The translations under genes were made by a program, and so were the position numbers. Source: Euglena gracilis (taxonomy: Eukaryota). Taken from it: a stretch of 64,000 nt of DNA. The stretch covers positions 33,147,455 through 33,211,454 of the forward strand of contig CP154954.1 in NCBI GenBank assembly GCA_039621445.1, in the 5' to 3' direction. Positions 48,501 through 59,981 of the stretch are shown here, in pieces. Numbering within the stretch: the first letter of the stretch is position 1; each line of letters opens with the position of its first letter. The notes under the pieces were generated by a model. That model searched no databases. It worked only from the letters and a program-made list of their open reading frames with translations, and was not told the DNA's origin.

Positions 48501-51500
48501 CAACCAAAAATGCATGAAATCGAAGTTCTGTTTTTTGCGGGTTTTTTTGCGGTTGAAGTTTCTCCTTTTTGTGAGGTTCTTTGTTGCGTCCCCCCCTTCC
48601 CCCCGCCACCCCTCTGCAGGGCTGGGCAGCTGTTCCTCGGCACGCAGCTGGGGTGGCTGGGGTTGGTGCTGGGGTGTGCCGTGGTCTACCCCGTTGCCGC
48701 GGGGGCGGAGGAGTGCTGCCGGGCGGCTCCCACCCGCCTCCCCCGGTCAGAGATGATCTTTTGTTGCCTTCGAGTTCCTGGTCGTCTGGCTCCTTCTGCA
48801 GCCTGATGAAGCCAACCCTCTCCTGGTGTGTCGGTCACTTCTTCTGCTGTCTGTGCATCGGCACCAGGCACCTATGGCCGACCAGGGCCGACCAGGGCCG
48901 ACCAGGGCCGACCAGGGCCGACCAGGGCCGACCAGGGCCGACTATGGTTTTCAGGACCCCCGTAGGTGGGGGTTCCGACCAGGGCCGACCAGGGCCGACC
49001 AGGGCCGACTTGCATGTGGTTGGCCGACCGAAGGGGAATGGATGAAGGAATTCGGCAGCTTTCCCTCTGGAACAAGCACCTCTGATGATGCTGGGCGATG
49101 CAGGGCGATGCTGGGCGATGCTGGGCGATGCTGGGTGATGCTGGATTTTTGGAGACCAGAGGTGGGGTTCTGACGCTGGGCGATGCTGGGCGATGCAGGG
49201 TGTTGCTGGGCGATGCTGGGCGATGCTGGCATTTTTTTTGTATATTTTGAAGAACTAAACCCATTTTTGGATAATTTTCTCACAAATCTCCAGTTTTACA
49301 CCCATTTTGGCCATTATGGATCAGTTTTTGCTAATTTGGGGGCTATTTGTCACTGATTTGGCAAATATTGGGCTAATTTGGGTCAATCTGAGCATTTTTA
49401 TGGCATTTTGGCCATTTTGCGCCCTTTTGCTAATTTGGGTCATTTTTCACAATCTTTTGTGGATTTTGTTGGCGTTTTTGGGTAAAATTTGGTTATTTCA
49501 AGCCATTTTAGGTCATTTTGGTTGCTTTTGGGGAGCCAATGGAGGCTTTATGGGGCATTTCCTTTTGATCTTGGCGAGACAATTCAGAAAATCATTGCAT
49601 CCCTTCACATTTTTTCTGTGACGGATACCCCCACCTATGGCCGGCTATTTGCCGACCAGGGCCGACCAGGGCCGACCAGGGCCGACCAGGGCCGACCAGG
49701 ACCGACCAGAGCACCAAAATGGGAAGTGACCATAGGTGCCTGATCGGCACGTGACGTGACTGTTCCTTTTGCTTTCTGGTTATGTTCAGCTCATTTAGAC
49801 ACAAGAATTTCAAGCTGGAAAATTAACTATCTTTCCATGCGCATGCTTCAGAGCGATCCTACTGGCCAGTGCTGTCCTTAAACAAATATAAAAACAAACT
49901 CCGCTGTCCCATGGGCAAGAAATTTTGGCATTTCTCAGCGAGAACAGGTCGACATCAGGAAAAGAATTGATTCCTGGCGTCCTTGGACCATCGTCCATCC
50001 ACCCAAATCATCAAAAAATGTGTTTTTCGACTGTTTAATTTTTGCTCCCGTTCAAGTCCCAGCCTGGCCCTTAGCCGGCCCTTTGGCCGAAAGGGGGGGC
50101 GGTCCTTAAGGAAATTTATAAAAAAACTTTCCTGTCCCTCAAGGACCGCCCTGCTACTGGCGTGCTGGTAAATTTGTGGGTTTTATATTTTTTTTTATTT
50201 TTCACCCCTGGAAGGATCATTGATCTGATTCGCCCGGGGGATCTACAGTTAGGGTTGGTTGGTCCGGTTCAGCCACCGCTGGAATTCCCCACCCAGCCAG
50301 CACCAATGACAGCGCCCCCCCCCCCAAAGACCCTTGGTTTACGTTTTGGTCCTCCGCTCCGTTGCTGAAAATACCAAGCAGAGAACGCCCAGGTCTTCTT
50401 TTTGGGAGGTCTACTTTTTGGATTTTTGCTGAATAATTTGACCGAAAAAAACCTCCCCAGAGAGAAAGGTCCAAAAATAGGTACAAAAAGGGCAATTTCT
50501 GGCAATGAACAAAAATTGTCTCAAAAAATGCTGCTTTTAGCACCTGCAAAATAGACAAAATCAAATAAGTCAAATAATCACCCATTTTCGGGCATTTTCA
50601 CAGTTTTAGGGAGGTCTATTTTTTTGGATTTCCCCCAAAAATCCCGAGGGTGGTTCTTATTCGGGGTGTCAGGTTTTGGATTTTTGCTGGAAATCGGCAG
50701 GGGAGTCTTATTTTGGGGGGAGTTTGCAACCAGCAGGTGGCCGAGTGGCTCATCATTCCCCCCACCCACATTGATGGTATGGTCTTCTTTCCTCTCTTTC
50801 TGGGTGTCATCGACGTCAGCGGCGACCCTCTGACCCGCTTCCCCTCTGCCTGAGGCTTCAATGCACACTGCCGCCCCCCCTCCTTCCCCCCACCATTCCT
50901 GGTCGCCGTGGCCCCTGTCCGATGCGCAGCCGGCCCTCGTCCTGTGGGCCTCGTCCCGCTCTCGGCCTCTGCCGCAGCGCCTCGCCGCTGCTGTGCCGGA
51001 GGAGGCGGCCATCCAGGCGAGCCTGCTGTGCGTCGGCCTGCACTATGTGGTGGTCAGTCTGTGTGAAGAGCAGCCGGCGCTTTGCGCCTCTGGGCATACG
51101 TGGTGTTGTTTTTTTGCTTTGTTTGACCAATCGCTCGGCTTTTGTGTTGTCGCGGTCTGTACTGCACAGTGTGTGAACCAGGGTGGTCCATAAGGGACAG
51201 GACGTTTTTTCCCTGTCCAAGGGCCGGACTGGCGAACAGGGCTTCGAAAAGTCGAAAAACGCAGTTTTGACGTTTTGGTGGATCGGCGATGGTCATTTAT
51301 TGTCCCCGAAGTCCACTCGTTTTTGCAAAAAATATGACCTTTTCTTCGCCCATTTTTCCTGTGGATTTTGCATTGAATGTGCCAGGACGGGAAGCCCTAG
51401 CACCTTTTTCCATTTAAAGACCGCCCTGGTGTGAACCCGAAAGAAAAAGACTCGCCAGTTTTTTTATCAGTTTGAAAAATCTGACCAAATGGCATATCCA

Positions 51501-54500
51501 CCCTGTCCTCCAGTTTTTGGGTACCTTTTAAGTTTGGGAGGGGAAGCCGTTAACTGATCGAGCTGCAGGGGAGGGCTTCATCCAGAGGGCTTCCCTTCAG
51601 TCGTGTTTTGGCGCGTCACGGATTCCGCCAAACCGCCACCTGCGGGCGTGATGACCTGGGAGCCAGAGCTGCAGCCGGGGGCATGGGCGCCTTTCGTCTT
51701 CCTGGGCAGCATCACTGGAGACGCTTTGACTGGCCTTTCTCGTGCCACCAGCAACGGTCAGTAAACCCCCCCCAAATGGTATTGCACCCGCAGCTCTATT
51801 GGACGGCCGCCTTCGGCGGCGGGGGGTGCAGCACTATTTGGACCCGCAGCACTATTGGACTGGGTGCCTCTTAGTCCCGGCCTATCACCACAGGCACCCT
51901 TTTTGTCTGCTCAATGTCCTTCTCTGAGGCTAGTGAGGTCGTGTGGTTCATCTTCGGACGACTTCTGTGAGTTTTTCGGGTGGGAATTTACCCCCTTTCC
52001 CCTCTCTGCGGATTAAAAAAGGTGCCTGCAGTAGGCTGCACCAGCTTCTACACATTTCATATTGCTATGTTTTGGGTGGGTGCAGCACTATTGGACGCTC
52101 GCTTCATCCGGCGGGGGTGCAGCACTATTTGGACCCGCAGCTCTATTGGCCCCGCAGCACTATTAGGGGGGGGGTTATCGTTTTTCTGAAGTCAAAGCAG
52201 CTGCATTCGGTGGGAAGAGCAAACCCCTGTGCGATTTCGCACCCCCCCCTTCGGCTTTGGTTTTGGTTTTGGTTTTGGGAGGGCGCAAGGGCCCAAAAAT
52301 GGCCATTTTCAAGGAAAAGTTGGCTAGATCGGCAGGCACCAGGGCCTAACAGTGACCCCTGGAGTGGGGGGGGGGGGGTGCCTGCTTTGGGCAGGCAGCC
52401 CATAATAATAGAAGGCAACCCCAGGGATGGCAACAGGAAGCCTGTTTCCAGGAAGTGCCATTTGCACATCTGTTTTGTTGGAGCCTTCGGACCACAAAAT
52501 CACCCATCTGTGCCAGCGAAGGTTTCGGATCGGCGTTCACAGAAATGTGCATCAGAGAAGCCAGCGGCGTTCGTCCCAACACTGGCCTGCCTGCTGCACT
52601 ACCTGTCCCCCACGTTCGCAGGTCTATCTTTTTCAGGGACTCTCAAACGTTTTCGGGCTCCCTCTTCCAGGGGTTTCTTTTTAAGGCATAATTTTTATAA
52701 AAAAAAGTTATAAGGTTCACCAAGGCATTTTTTAAGGTATTTTAAGGCTTTTTACGACATTTTTAACATTTTAAGGCGTCTCTTTTCCAAGGGAAGTCCA
52801 AGGGCCATCCCGGCATCGAACGGGGGTCCAAAAGCAAAAACGTCGAAACCCCATTTTTTCGAGTTAGGGTGGATTGAGAATGTTTTAGCGATGCCAGAAA
52901 TCATTTTTTCCTGGACTTGGCTTGTTTTTGTTTTATAAGGTTCTTATTTTTTAGGGGTTTTAAAGTTTTTTAGATATTCTAAGGCATTTTAGCCAAAAAT
53001 TTAAGGCGTTTCTTTTTAAGGCTTTTTTAGGTTTTTAAAGGCACCTTAAATACTGCCCCCTGCCCACCTCTCCAAATATTGAAGTGATTCCTTTCAGGAG
53101 CTGAAAAGTTGAATCGGCCTGCTGCTGGAGTGTCCATGTTTCAGTCAGAGAGTCATTTCTTTCTGCGTCACCAACTGCATCACCCCAAATCCCCCACCTT
53201 TAATGTTTTAATTGCATGTTGACCGACATTCCATTGATTCCAGTCAGAAGATGGAAATGCCGCCGCCGTGGAACATTCACGGATTCGGTCAATTTGGCCA
53301 CCGCACACCCCCAGGGTCCTCCGGGCTGCGGCCGTACACCCTGGGGGCCTCCTTGGCGGTCTCCTTCTTCGTGCCCACCGCCTCTCACAAGGGGGCAGCG
53401 TACCTGAGGGCGGAGCGGGTGTGCAATGTGTAACGCCTCCTTGCGAATGGGGCGGCCGAACACCACCGCCGTCAAAAGGGTTTTGTTGTGTGTGGGAGAA
53501 GTTGTGGGCTCAGGGTTGAGGATGGCAGCTCCGACCGCCAGCCACACACACCCTTCACAACAGATTGGCCTCCCGGTGCAACACATGCTCTTGCAAGCGC
53601 ATGAAAATCGCTGCTGGCCAGGCCTTTTTCCTCCGGCATTTGCCTGGATCCTACAACCTCGAGGTTGCCTTAACGGGTGTTTGTGCACGCAGCAGTGTAT
53701 GCCTCGCAGGCAATTGCTGACATCCATTTTGCGGGCTGAGCTGGAATGGGCTTGTGACATCTGGCGCCTCGATGGCAAATGGGTCAGCTGTCCGGGGTTT
53801 GAAACACCAGCGTCTTGTTGACAATTCAGTGCATGGCCACGCGAGTAGGAGACTCGCGTGGCCAATTCCAATTCCAATTCCGTCGGCACAGGGTTCAGAG
53901 CTGGTCGGCCAAACACAGAAATGAGTTCTTTTGTCACCTTCCCGGCTGTCCCCCCCAATGCTAGCGTCGCAGGGACCGACCCGTGGGACCCCCTCCCAAC
54001 CCAGCATGGCAAGCGTTTCGCGGCTTTGGGACCGCGAGGAGTGAGCCGGGTTGGTGCAAAGCCCTCGGTGCACTAGGCCGGCTGGCTTTCAAGGGACGGG
54101 TAGTTTTTTCACCAAGGACCGGCCTTTGAGGACCCCACTTTGGCCAGAGGGCCAATGGGGTGGAAAGTTAAAAACTTCAAACCCGCCTTCTTTTGAGGTT
54201 GCAGATGGATGGCCAACTCGTCTACGGATGCCGGAAGTCAGCTTGTTTTTTGCCAAAGCGGACCTGTCTTCGCCAATGCAGTTCAAATGTTGTCATCTTC
54301 ACCCTGGGTTGGAAGTGGAATGAGCCGAACGCCAGTTTTTTTTGCTCCTCAAGGACCGTGCGGAAGCTTTGGCTGATCCGGGGGGGGGCATCCAGAGGGG
54401 GAGGCCCACCGCACGGCCGCCGGAGACCACTCCAGCCGTGGTCTGACCGCCTTCTTGCATCTGTGCCTGGCGCTGTTGGTGGCCGTCCGCACTCTCCCCG

Positions 54501-57500
54501 CGCTGAGGAGCGATGCAGCGGCTTGGATGACGGGTGTGCTCTCCCCACTCCCTGTTCTAACCTCAAACCTCACTGAACTCCGAGATCGGGGTGAAGTGTG
54601 GAGGAGGTCCCACCTCCGTGCCCCTCTGGGCCCCTTCTTTCTTCAGCAAAAAGCAACTGGCGAAGAAAATCAAAATCTGTGTTACACCACCAAAATTTCA
54701 CACGCTGCAAATACATCGTAATCCCTGGGGAATGGAGTCCATTTCGGCTTAACCGAAGCTCTGTTATTGCGTGAAATGGGAATGGGGTCTGGTTTAGCAT
54801 TCTTGGCCGGAATGTCGCCAACACTCAGGTTTCTTTCTTCCAGCCCGAACACACAAAACCTGACTCATTTCTTGTCTCCATCTGTGACCAAAATCCAAAA
54901 AGTAATAAATGTAAGTGTCTTAATATCCTCCAACCAACGCATCGATACCCCATAGGGTTATTCTGGTGGCAACCCTGGGTGGTGCAGCTGCCTTTTTTTT
55001 TACATGTCGTGTTTTGTTGTTGTTGCTGCTGCTGCTGCTGCCGCTGTCGTTGCGGGAAATACGTCCATGGCACATGCCGTTCGATGAAACTCGGGCGCCC
55101 TTGTGATGGCCATCGCAGAGGCAGCATAGCTTACACAATACGTCCGCTTCGCCAGTCAGTTCCCAGAGCCGTAAGGCAAAACAAAGATATGACACGGGTC
55201 GAGTTCACGAAACGGCTGCAACGCTCATGGAACCCCAGAAACAAACATCCGCCCGAAGGGCAACAACAGCTTTCGTACGTTTCCCAGAACAACACACAGC
55301 GGCCTGGCGGCCCTGCCCCCTCCCCCCGGCATCGCCCGGGCAGCGCCGCTCCGTGCGCACCTTTTGCGTGTGCCCGTCCCCGGCCCAGTGGCCGCGGCGC
55401 TGCTGGCGTTGGTCATCGGCGGCCCGCAGGCCTGCTCCGTGCCGTGCGTGGGGCGGCTGCGCCGGCTCTCCTACGCCGCCCTCCTCGGTGTGTCCGCAGC
55501 AGAGCCGGGCACCCCACCCCTGCCAAGACCCTGGCAGGGGAGGGGTGGAGGGGTTTTGCAGGGAGCATGGCGAGAGGCTGTCGGGGGTTGGCCAACTGCG
55601 CTGGATGCTCTTCAGAGTGTGGTCGTCTGCCTCCGAGAATACTGATTTTTTTCACACCTGGCTTCAGGTTTCCCCTGTGATCTTTGTTCCCTGCTGGCAC
55701 TGGTGAAAAAACTGCCTTTTAAGTGCATTGGCTTCTCCAATCGTCTCCCACCGGAAAATGTTTACCCCAAAACTTCAAGGAGTGCTGATGGAGGCTCTGT
55801 TTGCTGTGCAGCTTCTGTTCTTGTGGCATCCCTGCCCCCCCCCCACAGTGGTGGCCTCCCGGCCCTTCATGGCGGCGGAGTGGGTCCGGTCCCTGCTGGC
55901 AGCGGTGGTCTGCACAGAGCTGGGCCTGGCGCTGCGCAGCTCCCTGCAGAAGGACGAGCGGCGGGCGTCGTTGATGCTCTCGATGGACGGCCTTCAGGTG
56001 CCGGCACCCGCGCTGCCGAGGAGGGCGGTGAGCGATGCGCTGCGTCGAGAATGTTTCCCACCTGTGCTCGGGGAAGATATATATATTCTGCAGTGCCTCA
56101 CGTCCATTCAGGAGTTTCTCCAAATCAATTATGGTTTCCCTTGCGGAAAAGGTGTTTTTTTTCACCGTAATCAAAATAGGTTGGATCAATTGGAATAACA
56201 ACAAATTCGCTAAAAACAAGGATTGGATTTTTTTGTAAAAGCAAAACCAAGGAGCACAAGATTGCACCCATTACAACAGCTGCAGCCAATTTAAGCCACC
56301 ATTTTTTGTCCGAATAGCCGAACATTATTATTAATTGGGCATCCCTTCTTTTTAAGAATGGAGACACCAAATGAATGTTCTGGGTGGTTTGGTTCCCCTG
56401 TGACCCCAAACGAGGGGTGGGGGGGTGACAAGTGAATCTTTTGGACCCAGAACCCTTGGGGTCCAGCAGACAGCACCTTTTTTCCAGCCAGCAGCTCCCA
56501 TTTGGGCTCAAGTGGAAACACAGTTTCTCTTGCCTGATAAGCAAGGATAGGCCAAATAATTTTCAAACACCCAGAAATGGCTTTTTGGGTGTTGTGTGTT
56601 CACCCCAAAAATTTGGATAAGAATTTCCACCCCGGACAGATTTGGGATTTTTGCCTGTTTCGAGTCACAGCTGGGGCCAGCCCAGCAGCCAGTAGGACCC
56701 CTGCAACCTGGAATACCCCTACTAAAATGGGGGTCAGCGCACCTTTTTCCAGCTGGCTGACTGGACCAGGGGTTTTCTCAAGGACCCCCCCGGGGGGGGG
56801 GTCCCACAGACCTGCTGAAAAAAGGTGCTGGCTTGAAACAAGGTGCTTTTGGAACCCCCCCTCCCAGGGGTGGGTCCAGGGGGGGTCCGGCAAGCTGGGA
56901 GCTAGTACCCCCAAAAATATACCCCCAAAAAAGCACAAATCCAGCTGGGTTGGCATTTTGCATCCAAGAACTGGAGGTGAAACCACCCTGAACTGCCATT
57001 TTTGGCCATTTTTGACCCCACTTTCCAAAATTTCGAAATTTTTTTTTCGAAATTTCAAAAAAAAGTTTTCGGTCCAGCCCGAACTTTTCTTCAGCGGACC
57101 CCGGGGGGTCCGTTGAAAGAAAGCGGACTGGCTTGGGAGGTGCTGGCTGGAGAAAAGGTGCTGGCTGGCTGCCCCCCCCCCTTAGATGCACTTTGGCTTC
57201 TGTCTGGTTTAAGGCCTGGCGCTGCATTCCGCTTCTGGCCCTTTCTTCGGAGCAACTCCCAATAATTGTCCGACCCCATATTCACTGGGACTTCAAACTT
57301 CCGTTTTGTGTTTTCCCCTCCCCCTTGGGTTTTCGGCTCCCCTTTCTGGCTGCTGCTGCTGTTGCTGCTCGATTTCGTTCCCAAGAGGTGCTCGGGGTGG
57401 TAAGGGGCCTACCTCCCCCCCCCCCCCCCCCGGTAGGGGTCCATCCAACTTGGGAAAACCCCTGGATTGGACCGCCTCCCCCCCCAAGAGTTCCTTAAGA

Positions 57501-59981
57501 AATCCCCTGCTCCCAGCTGAATGAGGGATGGCCACCAGATGGAGAACTCCCAGCACTCGCTCCCTGACACATGTGCAGTTGGCTTTCTCACACCCCTGTT
57601 TGCTTTCTCTGCGCAGAGTGCGCTGCTGCGCCTCGAGGAGCGGGTGTGGGCCGCCGGTGACTTTTGCGCCCCGTGGGCCGAGCGGCGGCAGTTGTGGGTG
57701 GCCCGGGTGGCGGTGTGTGCCGCCGGCGTTGGCCCCGAACCACCGGGGAATGCAGCTTTTGGCCAAAATGCGGCCGTTTTTTCGGCCATTTGTCCAGCGG
57801 ATTTTGCATTGAATGTGCTGGAACAGAATTTTTTTTGCTTAAGGACCCCCTTCCCCGGGGGCACTGTTGGCTCCGAAAAATTGTGCAGGGGAACAAGGAA
57901 TCTTTAAGGGCGTGAGTCCTGCAGCAGTAGGCACAAACAGTGGGGTATTTCAAGGCCAGTTGACATGACCGCCAATGATGGAGTAAACCCCCCCAAATTT
58001 TACCCCCCCCCCGAATGCAAAAACCCCCCAAATGTAAACCCCCCCCCTGAGGACCTTGATATCCTGCCCGAATATAAAACCCCCCTCCAGCGCGAAGCAC
58101 CGGAAGGAAAAAGTTCCGACAAAATATCTCCTGAAATTGTGATTTTTGGCAGATTTGGGAACAATTTTTACCAAAAACATGTGAAAATTGCTCCTTCGCC
58201 CGAAAAGTGAAATATTTGTACCCCCAAGGGTGGGCGTATTTGTGATTTTGGACCAAAGAAGTGACTACTGGATCCCGCCAGAAAGTTGGTCTTTCCGACC
58301 GAATATAAAAACCCCCACAAATATAAAACCCCCCCTGGGGGTGTTGGAATTTCCGCCCAAATATAAAACTGGGGGGTTATATTTGGGGCGGGTTTTACCC
58401 CCAATTTTTGCACAAAATGTGAAATGTTTGACATCGCCACCCTCTATGGAAGCCAAAGTCCAAAATAATTTTTCGATCTTTTAATCATTTTCGTGACAGA
58501 AAGGTCTTGTTCTGGGCAATTCCGATGAAAATGAACAGGGCTGCCTTTTTGCTATGAACGAAGTTTAAATACCCCGGAAAGGCAGGTCCAAAATGCGAGG
58601 TCATAGTCTCTTCCTTTCTGGACGTGTCACCCTGCATCGTTTCTGGTGGATACGTCCGCCTGTGACGAAATGGGGATGAGGGATGAATCATCAAGGCAGG
58701 CGAGAGGGAAACCGGGTCTTGTGCTTAGTCGGGTGCCTACCCCACGGGGGGGGGGTTCTAGGGGTAAGCACCCATCCGACCCCCCGGGGGGGAGTAGGGT
58801 TTTGGCAGGTGCCTGCCCACAGCAGGCACCCCCCTCCGACCCCAGCGCCGAAGGCGCCAGGAGCCCGGAAAGGCCATTTTCAATGAAAATTTTCTCAATC
58901 CCCCCCGGAACCCCCCCGGGGGGTGTGCCTGCTGGGGGCAGGCACCCTTTAGCACCCACCCCCCCCCCGGTTGGTAAGCACCAGCCTGAGGGAAACCCTT
59001 CCGTGCCTTTGTTGCCGCCCAAGCAAGTGGGTCAGGGCAACAATTCAATCTGTTGGGGGGCCTCCCCCAAAGAGCCCCCCCACCGCTTTTATGCCGAACT
59101 TCCCCGGGGGGGAGGGGGGTGGGGGTGGAACAAGACGACCTCCAATGGCTGGCGCAGCCGTCGGCTTCCGTGGCCCCCCCGCACCTCCCAGTCGGCCCGG
59201 CGCGTGGATCTGCTGGCCGCCCTGTTGTTGAAGGTTGAGAAGCACGTCCGCCTGCGCGGCCTCACACCCCTCTTCGTCAGCACCCGCCGGGTGTGCCTGC
59301 ATTGAAATGCAGTTGGAGCAGAATTGGCAGGTCTGCCCCCCCCCCACAGACCGTGTGTTATGACCATACCAGATTGCCAAGGTCTGTGTCTGACTCCACC
59401 CCCCGGGGGGTGACGGACTGGTTTTCAAAGTGGCTTTCTTTTTTTGCTCCGGGACCCCCAGGGGGTGGGGTCCGTCAGAATTGGCCGAAAATGGCCAAGG
59501 CGGAAAATTCTTGGAAAGTTGGCCGAAATCCAGTGATTTGGAGTCATTTTTGCCTGTGCAATCCTGACCCCCGGGGGGGGGGGGTGGAGTGGGCGACTGG
59601 CCTTCAAACGGTGACTGGTTATTGTTGGAGGAGGTTATCAAACCATGCATTTTTCCAGAGAACAAACAACAGAGAGGTGTCATTTGCGGAGCCAGGCCGA
59701 CCTCCCGTGAGGCTTCATTTGCATTTTGCTGGCCATGGCAATCGCCAGAATCATGAAAAAATTTCCATGTCAGAAAATGGCAAAGTTTTAGAAATCAATG
59801 GCCCGGGGTGGTGGGGCCGACCGTCCTCCTGCCGCAGGCGTGGCTGCAGGAGCTGGCCGCCCTGGAGCCCTGCACGGGTCTATCGGTCCATCTCCCAGCG
59901 GACCCCACCGCCGAGGCCCCCCTCGAGCGGCTGAACGTCGCCCTCCACCAGCTGGCCAACGCCTTCCGGGTGCCGCCGTGA
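21590..59981 (+). CDS. Very large multi-exon gene for an uncharacterised multi-pass membrane protein; possible extra 5' exons from ATG 17807
   Basis: More than 25 GC-rich exons, many joining in frame: 24683-24818, 25048-25148, 25251-25374, 26387-26522, 26726-26826, ~28345-28454, 30906-31101, ~33990-34142, 34574-34623, 35470-35530, 35927-36031, 36668-36770, 36981-37015, 37632-37757 and others. The last exon is 59838-59981 (AWLQELAAL...AFRVPP-TGA). Hydrophobic D-x-P...T-x-[WY]R units recur. A few junctions (39-47 kb, 21-24 kb) are unresolved, so a split into two genes is not excluded. Confidence 0.7.
25149..25250 (+). other. Probable short non-conventional intron (102 nt)
   Basis: 11-bp terminal stem GGGGCGGAGCC/GGCTCTGCCCC with Y|R at both junctions. 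Removal gives CILPCPWEAV. Confidence 0.55.
26118..26379. repeat. (CA)n/(CAGA)n microsatellite just upstream of an AG acceptor
   Basis: Directly visible. Confidence 0.95.
26523..26725 (+). other. Non-conventional intron (gene 2)
   Basis: ctcCAGAGCCCGCC...GGCGGGCCCTGccgcc|A. Removal gives in-frame [16 protein letters not shown]. Confidence 0.8.
28533..30054. mobile_element. Middle element of the nested stack (TTTTTAAGG-rich family)
   Basis: TIR CAGGCATTATT / AATAATGCCTG. TSD TCAACCAC/TCGACCAC (7/8). Confidence 0.85.
29533..29796. mobile_element. Inner 264-bp MITE
   Basis: TIR CAGGCTCCTTTTTA / TAAAAAGAAGCCTG (13/14). Perfect TSD TTCACAAC at 29525-29532 and 29797-29804. Confidence 0.9.
34143..34573 (+). 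other. Non-conventional intron consisting of one MITE plus 8 nt
   Basis: gcgCAGGCGTTGTTTTTTT...AAAAAAATGACGCCTGccgca|G. Removal gives in-frame [13 protein letters not shown]. Confidence 0.85.
34624..35469 (+). other. Non-conventional intron (gene 2)
   Basis: T|gcaCAGGCCCACC...GGTGGCCCTGgcccc|A. Removal gives [15 protein letters not shown]. Confidence 0.8.
36771..36980 (+). other. Non-conventional intron (gene 2)
   Basis: C|accCAGGGCTGTG...CACAGCCTTGtcggc|A. Removal gives LNSLALQLQAQGE. Confidence 0.8.
37758..38143 (+). other. Non-conventional intron (gene 2)
   Basis: cccCAGGGCGGCA...TGCCGCCCTGcaagc|G with a perfect 10-bp stem. Removal keeps an open frame (PRLEHAIQCGH). Confidence 0.65.
47620..47860. 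repeat. C/A-rich low-complexity tract
   Basis: CCCCCA/CCCCAA runs. Sequence quality here may be poor. Confidence 0.8.
48865..49742. mobile_element. hAT-like element with (ACCAGGGCCG)n and (GATGCTGGGC)n repeats
   Basis: TIR CAGGCACCTATGG / CCATAGGTGCCTG. Perfect TSD ATCGGCAC at 48857-48864 and 49743-49750. Confidence 0.9.
49867..50153. mobile_element. MITE, CAGGGCGGTCC family (reverse orientation)
   Basis: Ends CAGTGCTGTCCTT / AAGGACCGCCCTG. Perfect TSD CTACTGGC. Confidence 0.85.
51179..51428. mobile_element. MITE, CAGGGCGGTCC family
   Basis: Ends CAGGGTGGTC / GACCGCCCTG. Perfect TSD GTGTGAAC at 51171-51178 and 51429-51436. Confidence 0.85.
52668..53062. mobile_element. MITE, TTTTTAAGG-rich family
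   Basis: Ends CAGGGG / CCCCTG. Degenerate TSD CCCTCTTC/CCCACCTC (6/8). The interior resembles 34146-34568 and several other copies (11.5, 22.5, 24.4, 38.8, 39.6, 43.3, 61 kb). Confidence 0.7.
58713..58988. mobile_element. MITE, 276 bp
   Basis: Ends CGGGTCTTGTGCTTA / TAAGCACCAGCCTG. Perfect TSD AGGGAAAC at 58705-58712 and 58989-58996. Confidence 0.8.
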
